Virus record (IMG/VR): IMGVR_UViG_3300027820_000030
Origin: an uncultured virus (IMG/VR IMGVR_UViG_3300027820_000030)
Lineage: Duplodnaviria > Heunggongvirae > Uroviricota > Caudoviricetes
Direction: 5' to 3' (one strand)
DNA length: 64,000 nucleotides
Positions 1 to 8,747 of the stretch are shown here, piece by piece. Numbering within the stretch: the first letter of the stretch is position 1; the number at the start of each line of letters is the position of its first letter. Made by a program: the position numbers and the translations under genes. The notes under the pieces are model-generated. The model saw nothing but the letters and a program-made list of their open reading frames with translations. It ran no database searches and was not told where the DNA came from.

Positions 1-191
1 GATACAGTGAAACATATTACGAGATACACGCGTATCTAATTGATGTCTGCTCGTATTCTAACGAGGCTGCACATGATTACATTTTAGAGGCTTGCCCGCA
101 TGTGCTGGCGCATGATTTTGTGCCAGCGCCCGTTACAAGTTTGGAGTATGAAGAATGACCAAAAACACAGGCAAAGCATCGTCGCCAGGAT
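1..191 (+). repeat. Direct repeat, copy 1 (matches 39909-40099; may extend left of the window)
   Basis: 191 bp match with 2 mismatches (positions 128 and 153). Confidence 0.95.
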
Positions 192-340
192 ACCGAAAAG
201 TCGCGACAATATACTGCCCAATCTACGGCTACGAGATAGAGCGCACTATTTGCGAGCACGACGATGTTTGGCTTGTTGACGTTTGGGGCGTTCCGTATCG
301 GTGGGAGTGGGTGAAATCAGTGAAGGTGTATTGGCGATGA
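155..340 (+). CDS. Hypothetical protein; first 12 codons shared with 40063-40197
   Basis: ORF with ATGA overlaps at both ends. Confidence 0.6.
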   Translation: MTKNTGKASSPGYRKVATIYCPIYGYEIERTICEHDDVWLVDVWGVPYRWEWVKSVKVYWR

Positions 341-606
341 ATATGGAGCCGTTTAATTTTTGCATACAATGGATGGTGTACGATTATTTGCCAACCCTGA
401 AAACCGGAGACTTCCTACCTGGTCAACTTTGCATGCCCGATAGGATAGGCGTTGAGCGAAAGACGTATCGAGAAGTGTTACGCGTTCTGGATTTCCATGG
501 AGTTATAAGTGTCAAGCATGGCAAACCCACAAAGTTCATAAGCCTTAACAAGCCTGGACTGCTGTACGTCATGGAGCGTAAAGGCTTAACTGGTCAAACC
601 ACATAA
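337..606 (+). CDS. Stand-alone GntR/FadR-type winged-HTH protein
   Basis: IGVERKTYREVL...GVISVKHGKPTKF aligns with E. coli FadR IGVTRTTLREVL...GWLTIQHGKPTKV; no C-terminal effector domain. Confidence 0.8.
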   Translation: MNMEPFNFCIQWMVYDYLPTLKTGDFLPGQLCMPDRIGVERKTYREVLRVLDFHGVISVKHGKPTKFISLNKPGLLYVMERKGLTGQTT

Positions 607-626
607 TCGAAAAATGGTGGTATATT
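591..626 (+). promoter_or_regulatory. TGGTCAAACCA box + 19 bp + TATATT (-10) promoter
   Basis: Same motif and spacing at 6 loci. Confidence 0.75.
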
Positions 627-674
627 AACCACACTAACAACACCGCAGCAGTATCGCGGATAACGGAGATACTC

Positions 675-851
675 ATGCGTAGAAGAAATATAGAGGCACC
701 TTTTGTACAAATTAGCAAGAATGCTAAGATTTTTGAGTGCGGCATTTTGGTCGCTATTGTTCTTACTGTTTTTGCCTTTGCTGTTTGCTCTGTCGGGCCA
801 ATGATTATTGGTGATTCACTACCGGAAGCAACCAAGGCAATCACAGAATAG
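675..851 (+). CDS. 58-aa single-TM membrane peptide (not in ORF track)
   Basis: GGAG RBS; copy at 41135-41311 differs mostly at synonymous positions in this frame. Confidence 0.7.
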   Translation: MRRRNIEAPFVQISKNAKIFECGILVAIVLTVFAFAVCSVGPMIIGDSLPEATKAITE

Positions 852-858
852 TTTCAAC

Positions 859-931
859 GCCACCGGCAGTCACGCATAATTTAACTGTTAGCGCAGTCGC
901 GATGTGTGGCTACCTCAAACCGGTGGCTCCA
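859..931 (+). ncRNA. 73-nt structured RNA with acceptor-like stem and 3' NCCA
   Basis: GCCACCGG/CCGGTGGC-T-CCA closing stem, inner stem AGTCACGCAT/ATGTGTGGCT; conserved at 41319-41391. Confidence 0.5.
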
Positions 932-945
932 TTTTTGGAGGGAAT

Positions 946-1569
946 ATGATTCACAGCGTAGAAGACAAAACACAAAAAGAACTTGTCGAGATTGTCAAGA
1001 TTCAGATGGAGGAATACGAGAAGTTATTAAAGACTGAAAAGCAAACCGGAGCAATGCTGAACGAAGCGCTGGAGGCTCTCAAAGCAGCAGAGCGTGAGCG
1101 GGATGATTTGGAGAAACGACTATCAATTTACGAAAGTAAGGATAATCAATATGCGAATAAATTAAAAAGAATGCTGAAACTGCAAGCGCAGCTACACAAA
1201 AAGCAAGGGGCCGAGTCTCTTGGAGTGTTATTTGATAGCGCATTGTCAGAGATTGAAGCGTTAGAAAAGCGCGAAAAAGCAGTAGATATAGAACGGTATG
1301 TATTATCTTACTGCCTAAATTTCATTAAAGATTTCGCAACCCATGATTCTGAGAGCAAAGACGCTGCTTTTTTACGACTGAAAAACACTATTAATGACAG
1401 CCATGTCAGAGCTAATGAGCTCTTAAACAAATTCGCCATTGAGCAGCAGATTAAAGGAGCAAAAGCAGCAGGAAGCAAGTTAATTCAAAGTCATGAAGGA
1501 CAAAAGAAGCAATGGTTTGATGAAGTCTTTATTGGTCAACTACGCCAACAACTAAACGGGGGTGAGTGA
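946..1569 (+). CDS. Coiled-coil hypothetical protein
   Basis: GGAGG RBS before ATG 946; heptad-rich, charged. Confidence 0.7.
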   Translation: MIHSVEDKTQKELVEIVKIQMEEYEKLLKTEKQTGAMLNEALEALKAAERERDDLEKRLSIYESKDNQYANKLKRMLKLQAQLHKKQGAESLGVLFDSALSEIEALEKREKAVDIERYVLSYCLNFIKDFATHDSESKDAAFLRLKNTINDSHVRANELLNKFAIEQQIKGAKAAGSKLIQSHEGQKKQWFDEVFIGQLRQQLNGGE

Positions 1570-1691
1570 TGATTCTAACACGCTGGCTAAACGGCTGGAC
1601 AATCGAAAACATAGCAGCAAAGCACGGCATACGCGTTGAAACTGTTGTGGCTTATTTGCGGGTTCGTAGTGGGGAGTGGGTGAGCCGGTAA
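1569..1691 (+). CDS. 40-aa HTH-like micro-protein
   Basis: GWTIENIAAKHGIRVETVVAYL HTH pattern; homolog at 41406-41525. Confidence 0.55.
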   Translation: MILTRWLNGWTIENIAAKHGIRVETVVAYLRVRSGEWVSR

Positions 1692-1692
1692 T

Positions 1693-2133
1693 TTAACCGG
1701 CTTTACCACCAAACTTACCCATAGCCTTTTCAACGATAGCGCCCATGTACGGGGCTGAGAAGTAAAACGCCAATATCAGCATCATGGCCCCGTTCATCTG
1801 TTCAGCATAACCACCAATGACAGTTGCGCTTGCTCGCCATTGCTCAGGCTGTGAAGCCCATACAGCAACCAAATTCATTACCATGCTAAATACATACATA
1901 AACAGCCACACAAACGTAATCATGACCGCAAGAAGCCGCCTTGCTAGGTTTTGTCCGCTAGTGTTAGCCATCCAGTCTATTATCATCTTTCTGGCTTCTG
2001 CGCGCTCTGTGGCTGCGTCTGCCGCCTTCTCTTCGTCAGTATAGAATAGCGCGTCGCCTGCATCTCGAATCATCGAGACGCCTTCTTTTACGACATCAGA
2101 TGAACCAAACAATCTACCCCAGAAACTAGCCAT
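1693..2133 (-). CDS. Putative holin (3TM-type)
   Basis: Hydrophobic segments, adjacent to lysin. Confidence 0.6.
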   Translation of the reverse strand: MASFWGRLFGSSDVVKEGVSMIRDAGDALFYTDEEKAADAATERAEARKMIIDWMANTSGQNLARRLLAVMITFVWLFMYVFSMVMNLVAVWASQPEQWRASATVIGGYAEQMNGAMMLILAFYFSAPYMGAIVEKAMGKFGGKAG

Positions 2134-2525
2134 TAGCTTGCAATCTCCAAAACAAAACTATCTTCACCATACCACTGTAAAAGTAATTCGCAAGCTTTCA
2201 GTGAATCCACCGCGACAGGTTCGCTGGTCATTGGTCCGCCTTTAATGTCTAGGCATGGGGCGACGCAGCCCAGCAGGTGCTTGAGTAGTGACGCGGGGTG
2301 AATCTCAATATTGGTACGAGGGTCAGTTTCTTCGTTGCGGAATTTGTACCAGTGATGCTTGCCGGTGTGGTCACGGTCAACGATGTACTGACCTTCTGGG
2401 ATGCAGGATTTGCCGATTTGGTTATTACGCCAGGGTAGCTCCAATGTGTAGATTAGCTGGCCGTCTGGTAGATACCATTCGCCAGCCGTATAGTGTTTGT
2501 GGTAGTTACGTTTAATTGCTGCCAT
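2133..2525 (-). CDS. Putative endolysin, DUF5675 / L,D-transpeptidase-like
   Basis: TLELPW..N...SCIPEGxY and IEIH...GC motifs; lysis-cassette position. Confidence 0.7.
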   Translation of the reverse strand: MAAIKRNYHKHYTAGEWYLPDGQLIYTLELPWRNNQIGKSCIPEGQYIVDRDHTGKHHWYKFRNEETDPRTNIEIHPASLLKHLLGCVAPCLDIKGGPMTSEPVAVDSLKACELLLQWYGEDSFVLEIAS

Positions 2526-2853
2526 AGTTCAACAAGGCGACTATAACAGCCGCCACCCCAGTACCACCAAGCAATGCAGCGGTTACAACCTTCCATATCA
2601 GCCCGCGCACACCGTCAACAACAGGCTTCATTGCTGCGATAGTTTCACTATGCACATCTAGCTTGTTTTTAACAGATGATAACTCAGCGCTAACCGTGTC
2701 GTGTTTCGACGCGTATACAGCAAATTGCGTTGCCTGATTATTCATAGCATCAGTGAGCCTATCTAAAGAAGTGAGCACTTTCGTAGTGCCTTCCTCTAGT
2801 GAAGATATGCGGTATTGGTGGTCGTTAACGGTCTTTTGTAATTCTTCGCTCAT
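2512..2853 (-). CDS. Coiled-coil protein with C-terminal TM helix (lysis accessory or holin-like)
   Basis: Composition and position. Confidence 0.55.
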   Translation of the reverse strand: MSEELQKTVNDHQYRISSLEEGTTKVLTSLDRLTDAMNNQATQFAVYASKHDTVSAELSSVKNKLDVHSETIAAMKPVVDGVRGLIWKVVTAALLGGTGVAAVIVALLNYGSN

Positions 2854-2876
2854 GGGATTTCAACTGTTTAAGCAAT

Positions 2877-3251
2877 TTAATTAATAAAAGGCCGGAAACT
2901 GCTACCAGTGCGCAACCGATGCACAATATTACTGACAGCACTTAGACCTCCGTTGACTATTATAGTTAATTCAAAGGATAACAGAATTAAACTAAAGTTT
3001 AACGGCCAGTCATATAACACGGGGAAAACATCATAACCGGCTAGTAAAAATAGATAAAATGCGCCCAAAATAAACTGCATTGACGCATATATGGTCGTGA
3101 TTTTACTAGGTATTTCGGAGCAAATAAAGATAGTCAGCGTTGTTGTTAGTAACAACGCTGTATAGTAAGCGGAAAATGAAGCATCATAAAAAATAAATTG
3201 TACTGCATAAACCAAAATATAAGATGCAAGTATTACCTTGCAATCGTTCAT
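2877..3251 (-). CDS. Multi-TM membrane protein
   Basis: About 4 hydrophobic segments; positional counterpart at 43456-43920. Confidence 0.6.
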   Translation of the reverse strand: MNDCKVILASYILVYAVQFIFYDASFSAYYTALLLTTTLTIFICSEIPSKITTIYASMQFILGAFYLFLLAGYDVFPVLYDWPLNFSLILLSFELTIIVNGGLSAVSNIVHRLRTGSSFRPFIN

Positions 3252-3343
3252 TTCTTAGGTGGCTTCCGGTTTGTCTTGCTTGTGTCGCGAGGTTTCTTCC
3301 TGCCTACTGGCATCGCGCTGCGACCTTCTGTTTTGGTGCTCAT
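3248..3343 (-). CDS. 31-aa highly basic micropeptide
   Basis: MSTKTEGRSAMPVGRKKPRDTSKTNRKPPKK; stop overlaps next start (ATGA); positional counterpart in unit B. Confidence 0.45.
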   Translation of the reverse strand: MSTKTEGRSAMPVGRKKPRDTSKTNRKPPKK

Positions 3344-3353
3344 AACTCAATCC

Positions 3354-5186
3354 TCAACTTTGGCTAAAATACCAACCGCTCAACGCGATTCGAATATTGC
3401 TAGTAGATGCTGGTATGTTCGACGTACCAACCTCTAATCCGTTTGTGCTAGGGTCATTTTGTCTAAACTCTATATAGCTGGAGCCAGGAATAACCGAAGC
3501 GCTCAAAAACATAGTATCATCAAACGTTACATTTTGTACAACACCAAGACTACAGGCGAAATCATAAAATGATATTCCTGCTGCACCGGCTGTTTTCGAC
3601 GTAAACGGAAGTGATGCTATTCTGAAATTGCCTGACGCTGTGGTAAACGCATTGGTGTCAAATCTTACTGTCATAGCAAAATACACCATGTCGCCTATTT
3701 TTCTATACGTACCTTCCTGAATGAGATAGGTGGGCGAGAAGTCGCCAGGTGTCGCAAATGTTACAGTTGGTGTAAACGTCCCGCTGGTTGGCGTGAAATT
3801 TCCGGCACGGATAGTTTGCTCAACGCCCTTTGATGAAACAGACAGCCCCATGTTTTTCGCAATTGTCTGAGCCATGTTTTTATGACCGGCAGGTGTGGGG
3901 TGTGCGCCATCAGATAAAAACCCGTACGTATCGCGAAGCTCAGATATGCTTAACAATGAGCCGTCACTGCTTAATAGGTCCGGCAATGGGATATAAACAG
4001 CGCCAGCGACCTCGCTTGCCATCTGCCTTAATTCCTGTCTAATCCATGTTGACGAGTCGTAACCCCAGTTTGTATCAATAACATAAAGCTTTGTTTTGTT
4101 GCTCTTGACCTGTGTGACAAGGTAGTCAAGCTTGCTTGCTACTGTCACTTTCTCACCGGCGCTAGAATCCCTGTCGTTGTACCCTAATGCAAAAATAAGC
4201 GTCTCAGATGTACAGGCATCGTCAAAAACACTGTTATCCGTATGAAGAATTTTGCGGCCAGGGTCAGAAAAATTGTTAACGACGAAATCATCAAACGCAT
4301 TCAGATATTGGATACCTGTGATTTCAACGGTTCCCGACACCACCTCAATTCGAATGTCAGAAGTACCGTCACCACTGTCCACCATTGCGACCAGTGGAGA
4401 TATGGCCGAACCATCCTCTGTGGCATTACTGTCTACTGTTTGTTGTACAGTGCCGCCACCATTGTTCGAGATAGTAAACGTACCGCCGCCGCTAAATGCG
4501 CGATAAAAAACCCTGAATTGAGTTGTTTCAAATGGAACATTGAAATCAAGATAATCTCCAGGTGTAGAGCTATACCGAGAAAACCCATTGATAACAGTCG
4601 TAGCGTCACCAAGGTTTTTAAAATTCCATGAACCGCTAGTTGTCACTGAGTGGTAGTCGTTGTATGTACCCTCGGCATTGGTGGCAACACCCCTGGAACT
4701 GATAAATCCTATGCTTTCTGAGCCGTTTTCCAGCAAAAGCAACTTGCGCAGCACTGCCGCATAACTGTCCGAATATACGTCTGGACAGTTCGAACCCCAA
4801 CTTATGGAGTCACCCAAAATACTAACAGATCGTCCAGACCATTTATCAGTAATAGTGGATTTAACGCCGCTCAACATGTCGCCCTGCGGCTCACGCGTGT
4901 CCACGTACTTGAATTTTTCAGTAATTGATATATAGCTATCAATGCTATTCACACTAAGCCGGTACTCTCCAGGCTCAACGTAAACGACCACCTGACCATT
5001 CGAGTTGGTCGTTTTTGATGTAGCGCCGTTGGTGTAGAATTCATCGTCATACATTATGGCAACTACACCCGATTCTCTGTGGTACATCGAGCAAACCGCA
5101 CCGGTTACAACCTGTTTTCCGCTAGACTGAGCCGATGCTGTGTCTCGCTCTAGCGCTGTTATCGTATGGGGTACAAGTGCCATCAT
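3354..5186 (-). CDS. Tail fibre / receptor-binding protein with SGNH hydrolase domain
   Basis: ILGDSIS, ALGYND, DGAHP SGNH blocks; C-terminal fibre-tip-like beta domain (GTYRKIGDMVY). Confidence 0.75.
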   Translation of the reverse strand: MMALVPHTITALERDTASAQSSGKQVVTGAVCSMYHRESGVVAIMYDDEFYTNGATSKTTNSNGQVVVYVEPGEYRLSVNSIDSYISITEKFKYVDTREPQGDMLSGVKSTITDKWSGRSVSILGDSISWGSNCPDVYSDSYAAVLRKLLLLENGSESIGFISSRGVATNAEGTYNDYHSVTTSGSWNFKNLGDATTVINGFSRYSSTPGDYLDFNVPFETTQFRVFYRAFSGGGTFTISNNGGGTVQQTVDSNATEDGSAISPLVAMVDSGDGTSDIRIEVVSGTVEITGIQYLNAFDDFVVNNFSDPGRKILHTDNSVFDDACTSETLIFALGYNDRDSSAGEKVTVASKLDYLVTQVKSNKTKLYVIDTNWGYDSSTWIRQELRQMASEVAGAVYIPLPDLLSSDGSLLSISELRDTYGFLSDGAHPTPAGHKNMAQTIAKNMGLSVSSKGVEQTIRAGNFTPTSGTFTPTVTFATPGDFSPTYLIQEGTYRKIGDMVYFAMTVRFDTNAFTTASGNFRIASLPFTSKTAGAAGISFYDFACSLGVVQNVTFDDTMFLSASVIPGSSYIEFRQNDPSTNGLEVGTSNIPASTSNIRIALSGWYFSQS

Positions 5187-5191
5187 TTCAC

Positions 5192-7402
5192 CTATGGGTT
5201 GTCAGCACCAAGTACAGTGCCTGTGTTGATCCAAGTAATAGTATATCCGTTTCTCTCGATGGCCGCACCTGCCGCACCACCTGAGCCGCCACCAGTCTGA
5301 CCAAGGTCGCCGCCTGCAAACCCTGTAGCGGTAAATATGCCGCCAGCGCCATCATCGGCAGTCGCTATACCTCCAGCGCCGCCAGTCGTGTTGTCGCCAT
5401 TCTGTGCAGGGGTAATGTCGATGGCATTAACAGGCGGCGATACAAAGCTGCCTGTAGCGCCTAGGCCGTTAGTATATCCCGCACCGCCGCCACCAGCGCC
5501 AAATGCCGATACACCGCCACTCGATGCGCTTTGACCATTAGCGCCCCCGCCGCCCCCGCCAATAGTGCCTGAGTTGTCAATCTGCACATTGGTTTCAAGG
5601 TATAAGGCTATACCGCCAGCTTCCGGCGTGCCGCCAAGGTTCGCGCCATTACCGCCTTTACCAACAATAAGCCCCCTGACATCAAGTATTGGGTCATTAT
5701 TGAAGTAGCTAAAATCACCCGTTGACACGGCGGGCTGTGTGTTATCACTGCTACCAGCGACGCAGAAGCCATCAAAAATAATCCTAACCTGTGTGTCTGC
5801 ATCATAGCTTGACGGCGGGTATTGGTCGTCAAATACATCGCGAAGCGTCCGCGCAGTACCACCCGCATCTTTCAACTGGTCAATCTCACTGGATAGTTGA
5901 ACTACAAGCACGCCCTCGTCAACGCCTTCGTCCTGTGATAGCTCTTGGCCGTATGAGTGCTCAAGACAAGTGTAACTGAAATTATCCGACTCCTGCGCCG
6001 ACATAACCTCAACAGGTAAGTCAATACGGGCGTTTGTGTTATCCACAATCGTCCTAGTGTTAACGTAAGCATTACCAGCGGTCCATACGTCGGTGTCTTT
6101 CGAATCCAACTGGAACGATATTTCGATGGGTGCTTTCGAGTATCTGCGGCCCCATCGCGCGGCCAGCAGGATAGCAGCCGCTTTGTTATCATTGTTAATC
6201 CAGCGACAGTTAATCGTTTTGATTTTCTGTGAGCCATAATTCGATACGCTATCAGGGTCGATGCGTACATATCCCTGTTGATAGTTGGTTATCTCGTCAA
6301 GGTCTTTGGCGTAGTCATATATGCCAAAATTCACAATGACAGTACTAACCCGCATATCAAGCTTATCCTGCCACGACACGGTATCAGCAAGCAGCTCACC
6401 CTCGTCTGTCCATGTAGGCACGGATGATGAGAAATCTTTAATCGCGACAAATGATATTTCTGCCAGCCGCTCATCCCAATACAGGCGATGCGGCGCTTCC
6501 ATGCCTAATTCTTTCAGTAGGGTTTTAATACCTACCGGCTCAGTTAGCAGCGTGTAGTAGTTGCCAGGAAGGTACGCGCTACGCTCTGCCGCCCACTTCG
6601 ACGTTGGAATGTAGGAAGAATCAAGACCCGCACCGGTAACAAGTAGCAGGTATAAGATATTGTCAACAGTATCTTGAATCTCGACGCATTCCTGCACGGT
6701 GTCATCTGCGCTATGCGCGTCGGCCACGGTGTTATATTGCGCTCTAACTACCGTCAGTGTGTCACTGCCACTGGTGCGCGTGTAGGTCATTATCTCGTCA
6801 TTAATGCGGATGATGCCACTAGTGCCGTGATTAGCATCGCCTGCGCCCGTAGGTGACAAGGTAATGCTGGTTGCAGCATCAGTAATATCAGCGCTTAGAT
6901 AGCCGGTTGATTTTGGTGGATACTGCGCACGGTCATTGTCAGCGAATTTAAGCGGGTCGCGGCCTGTGATAGACACGCCTGAAGCGGTTTTCTTGAACGA
7001 GTCCAGCAGGTAATGGCGAGCCTGAAATGCGTTAGTGTCAAAAGTGAATTTATCGTCTAGGTATCCAGAGTATACCCGCATAGGAAAACCCTGATAATAC
7101 GGATATGTAGCCCTCCATAGAGGCCAAAAATCTACAGGGTTTCCAGGTGTTGAAAGCTCGGTCTCGTCATTGTGGTCGCGAATGTTTACCGTTACTCGGC
7201 CACGGATGCCGATGCCGCCTTCTGGGTCAATCGATGTTGCACCGAACGACGGAGTACCCGCAACAAATGGCGCAGCATCAAGACCAGGAGGAACAGGCGA
7301 GCGGTCAAGGCAAAAGCGAAATGTCGTGCCGTCACAGTCAATCTCCACATAGTAAAATGGGCGCTTTACTGCTTCTTTTTTCGCGTTGTTATACAGAGCC
7401 AT
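5192..7402 (-). CDS. Tail tip / hub protein with C-terminal glycine-rich adhesin-like domain
   Basis: Position downstream of tape measure and distal tail gene; GGGGGG motifs and ...GGAAGAAI...WINTGTVLG ending. Confidence 0.7.
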   Translation of the reverse strand: MALYNNAKKEAVKRPFYYVEIDCDGTTFRFCLDRSPVPPGLDAAPFVAGTPSFGATSIDPEGGIGIRGRVTVNIRDHNDETELSTPGNPVDFWPLWRATYPYYQGFPMRVYSGYLDDKFTFDTNAFQARHYLLDSFKKTASGVSITGRDPLKFADNDRAQYPPKSTGYLSADITDAATSITLSPTGAGDANHGTSGIIRINDEIMTYTRTSGSDTLTVVRAQYNTVADAHSADDTVQECVEIQDTVDNILYLLLVTGAGLDSSYIPTSKWAAERSAYLPGNYYTLLTEPVGIKTLLKELGMEAPHRLYWDERLAEISFVAIKDFSSSVPTWTDEGELLADTVSWQDKLDMRVSTVIVNFGIYDYAKDLDEITNYQQGYVRIDPDSVSNYGSQKIKTINCRWINNDNKAAAILLAARWGRRYSKAPIEISFQLDSKDTDVWTAGNAYVNTRTIVDNTNARIDLPVEVMSAQESDNFSYTCLEHSYGQELSQDEGVDEGVLVVQLSSEIDQLKDAGGTARTLRDVFDDQYPPSSYDADTQVRIIFDGFCVAGSSDNTQPAVSTGDFSYFNNDPILDVRGLIVGKGGNGANLGGTPEAGGIALYLETNVQIDNSGTIGGGGGGANGQSASSGGVSAFGAGGGGAGYTNGLGATGSFVSPPVNAIDITPAQNGDNTTGGAGGIATADDGAGGIFTATGFAGGDLGQTGGGSGGAAGAAIERNGYTITWINTGTVLGADNP

Positions 7403-8738
7403 GACCGGTCTGACTCCAGTTAATTGACATTAAGTTGCGGGTTCCGCTGAACTGTAACGATATGTCACCGCCAGTCATGCACAATCCGACCTCGTTAGGG
7501 TATTCCAGCAAGTTCCACGCAATGAAATAAAGATATTCTTTCGAAACCTCTTTAAAGTCTAAGAAATAATTCTGTATCCAAGTTCTATCTACGTTATCCA
7601 GTGACACGCTATTGCTAAACCCCTTACGGATAATGCTGCGAGACGTGAACTCGCCGCCGTCAGTCATGTTGTTACGGTATACCGTATTGTCAGCCATGGT
7701 AATAGGCGTATGCCCGCTAAAGAATGGGCGCTGCAATTGCAGAGCGATGCCTGCTGAGATATAACCTATACCTACCGAACCTGTGCCGCTGCACACGATT
7801 TTTATCCTGCGAGCCGACACCGTGCCGCCAGTGTAGTGAAACATGAGCGGTGTGTTGTCAGTCGGGTTTTTACCTGTGGTTAATGGCGTGAATGAACCTG
7901 TCGTTCCAGCTGACCACTCAGCGCCAACAGAAAACAGTGACGTTCCCAGTGTATGAGCGCCTACGCATATTGTGTCAATATCAACGTTAGCGGGTAATGT
8001 AATGGTAATCTCTGCGCCGCCTGTGAATGTCCATTTTTTGTATGTGTTTGGCACTAACGCATAAGCACCATTGGTGCCGGTTGTCACTGACACGCTATCG
8101 TAATTTAGCAGCAGGTTGTCATACAATATCCGCGCATGGTTAAGCGGGAAAGGTGGCGTTGTGGCTGTGCCGCTCGTAGCTGTTATCGCTGTCGGAGAAG
8201 TTATTGCCGCTGCTGACTGTGGCGTTTTTGCTGTCGGGGCAGAAATGGATGCGCCTGAAACAGATGACAAAGCAGAAGGCGACGAAATGCCCGCTAGTGC
8301 CTCGGCGCTCCACGCCACAGGGGATGATATAGAGGCGGCAGAAGCTGCGCTATAAGATGTTGGCGATGTAATACCAGCAGCCGATACAGACGAATAGTAA
8401 GCAGGACCGCTAATGGACGCAGTAGAGACTGGAGAATGAGCGCTTGGTAGTCCAATCGACGCATCAGCAATTCCGCTAAATAGCAATGGTGCAGATATAG
8501 ACGCAATTGACACAGCAGTGCTTGCCGACGGCGCAGTTACGGATGATTCGCTGACAGCCGAATATGACACAGGCGTAGATATGCTACCGGCAGACACAGC
8601 GGATAGCGCATCAGGGTCGGTTATGCTCGCCCCGCTAACAGCAGTTACAGCAAAGGGTGAGTCAATAGGCCAAGCCGGTGACGGCGTTAGCGCTCCCTTG
8701 TTTGATGTAACGCTAAAGTCTGTAGGTAGCGCAGTCAT
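7389..8738 (-). CDS. Distal-tail-like protein with N-terminal 14-aa Ser/Ala/Pro repeats
   Basis: About 12 xPxxxSxVSxASIS-type repeats, then a globular domain; follows tape measure. Confidence 0.65.
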   Translation of the reverse strand: MTALPTDFSVTSNKGALTPSPAWPIDSPFAVTAVSGASITDPDALSAVSAGSISTPVSYSAVSESSVTAPSASTAVSIASISAPLLFSGIADASIGLPSAHSPVSTASISGPAYYSSVSAAGITSPTSYSAASAASISSPVAWSAEALAGISSPSALSSVSGASISAPTAKTPQSAAAITSPTAITATSGTATTPPFPLNHARILYDNLLLNYDSVSVTTGTNGAYALVPNTYKKWTFTGGAEITITLPANVDIDTICVGAHTLGTSLFSVGAEWSAGTTGSFTPLTTGKNPTDNTPLMFHYTGGTVSARRIKIVCSGTGSVGIGYISAGIALQLQRPFFSGHTPITMADNTVYRNNMTDGGEFTSRSIIRKGFSNSVSLDNVDRTWIQNYFLDFKEVSKEYLYFIAWNLLEYPNEVGLCMTGGDISLQFSGTRNLMSINWSQTGHGSV

Positions 8739-8747
8739 TACGGCTCC

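Noticed and set aside
1..191. Fixed terminal repeat of a single virion genome
   Set aside because: Copies differ at 2 sites, the repeat ends mid-gene, further homologous patches follow, and the terminases look headful-type
569..844. Minus-strand ORF (and its copy at 41080-41304)
   Set aside because: RBS, promoter and synonymous-change pattern favour the plus-strand 58-aa ORF
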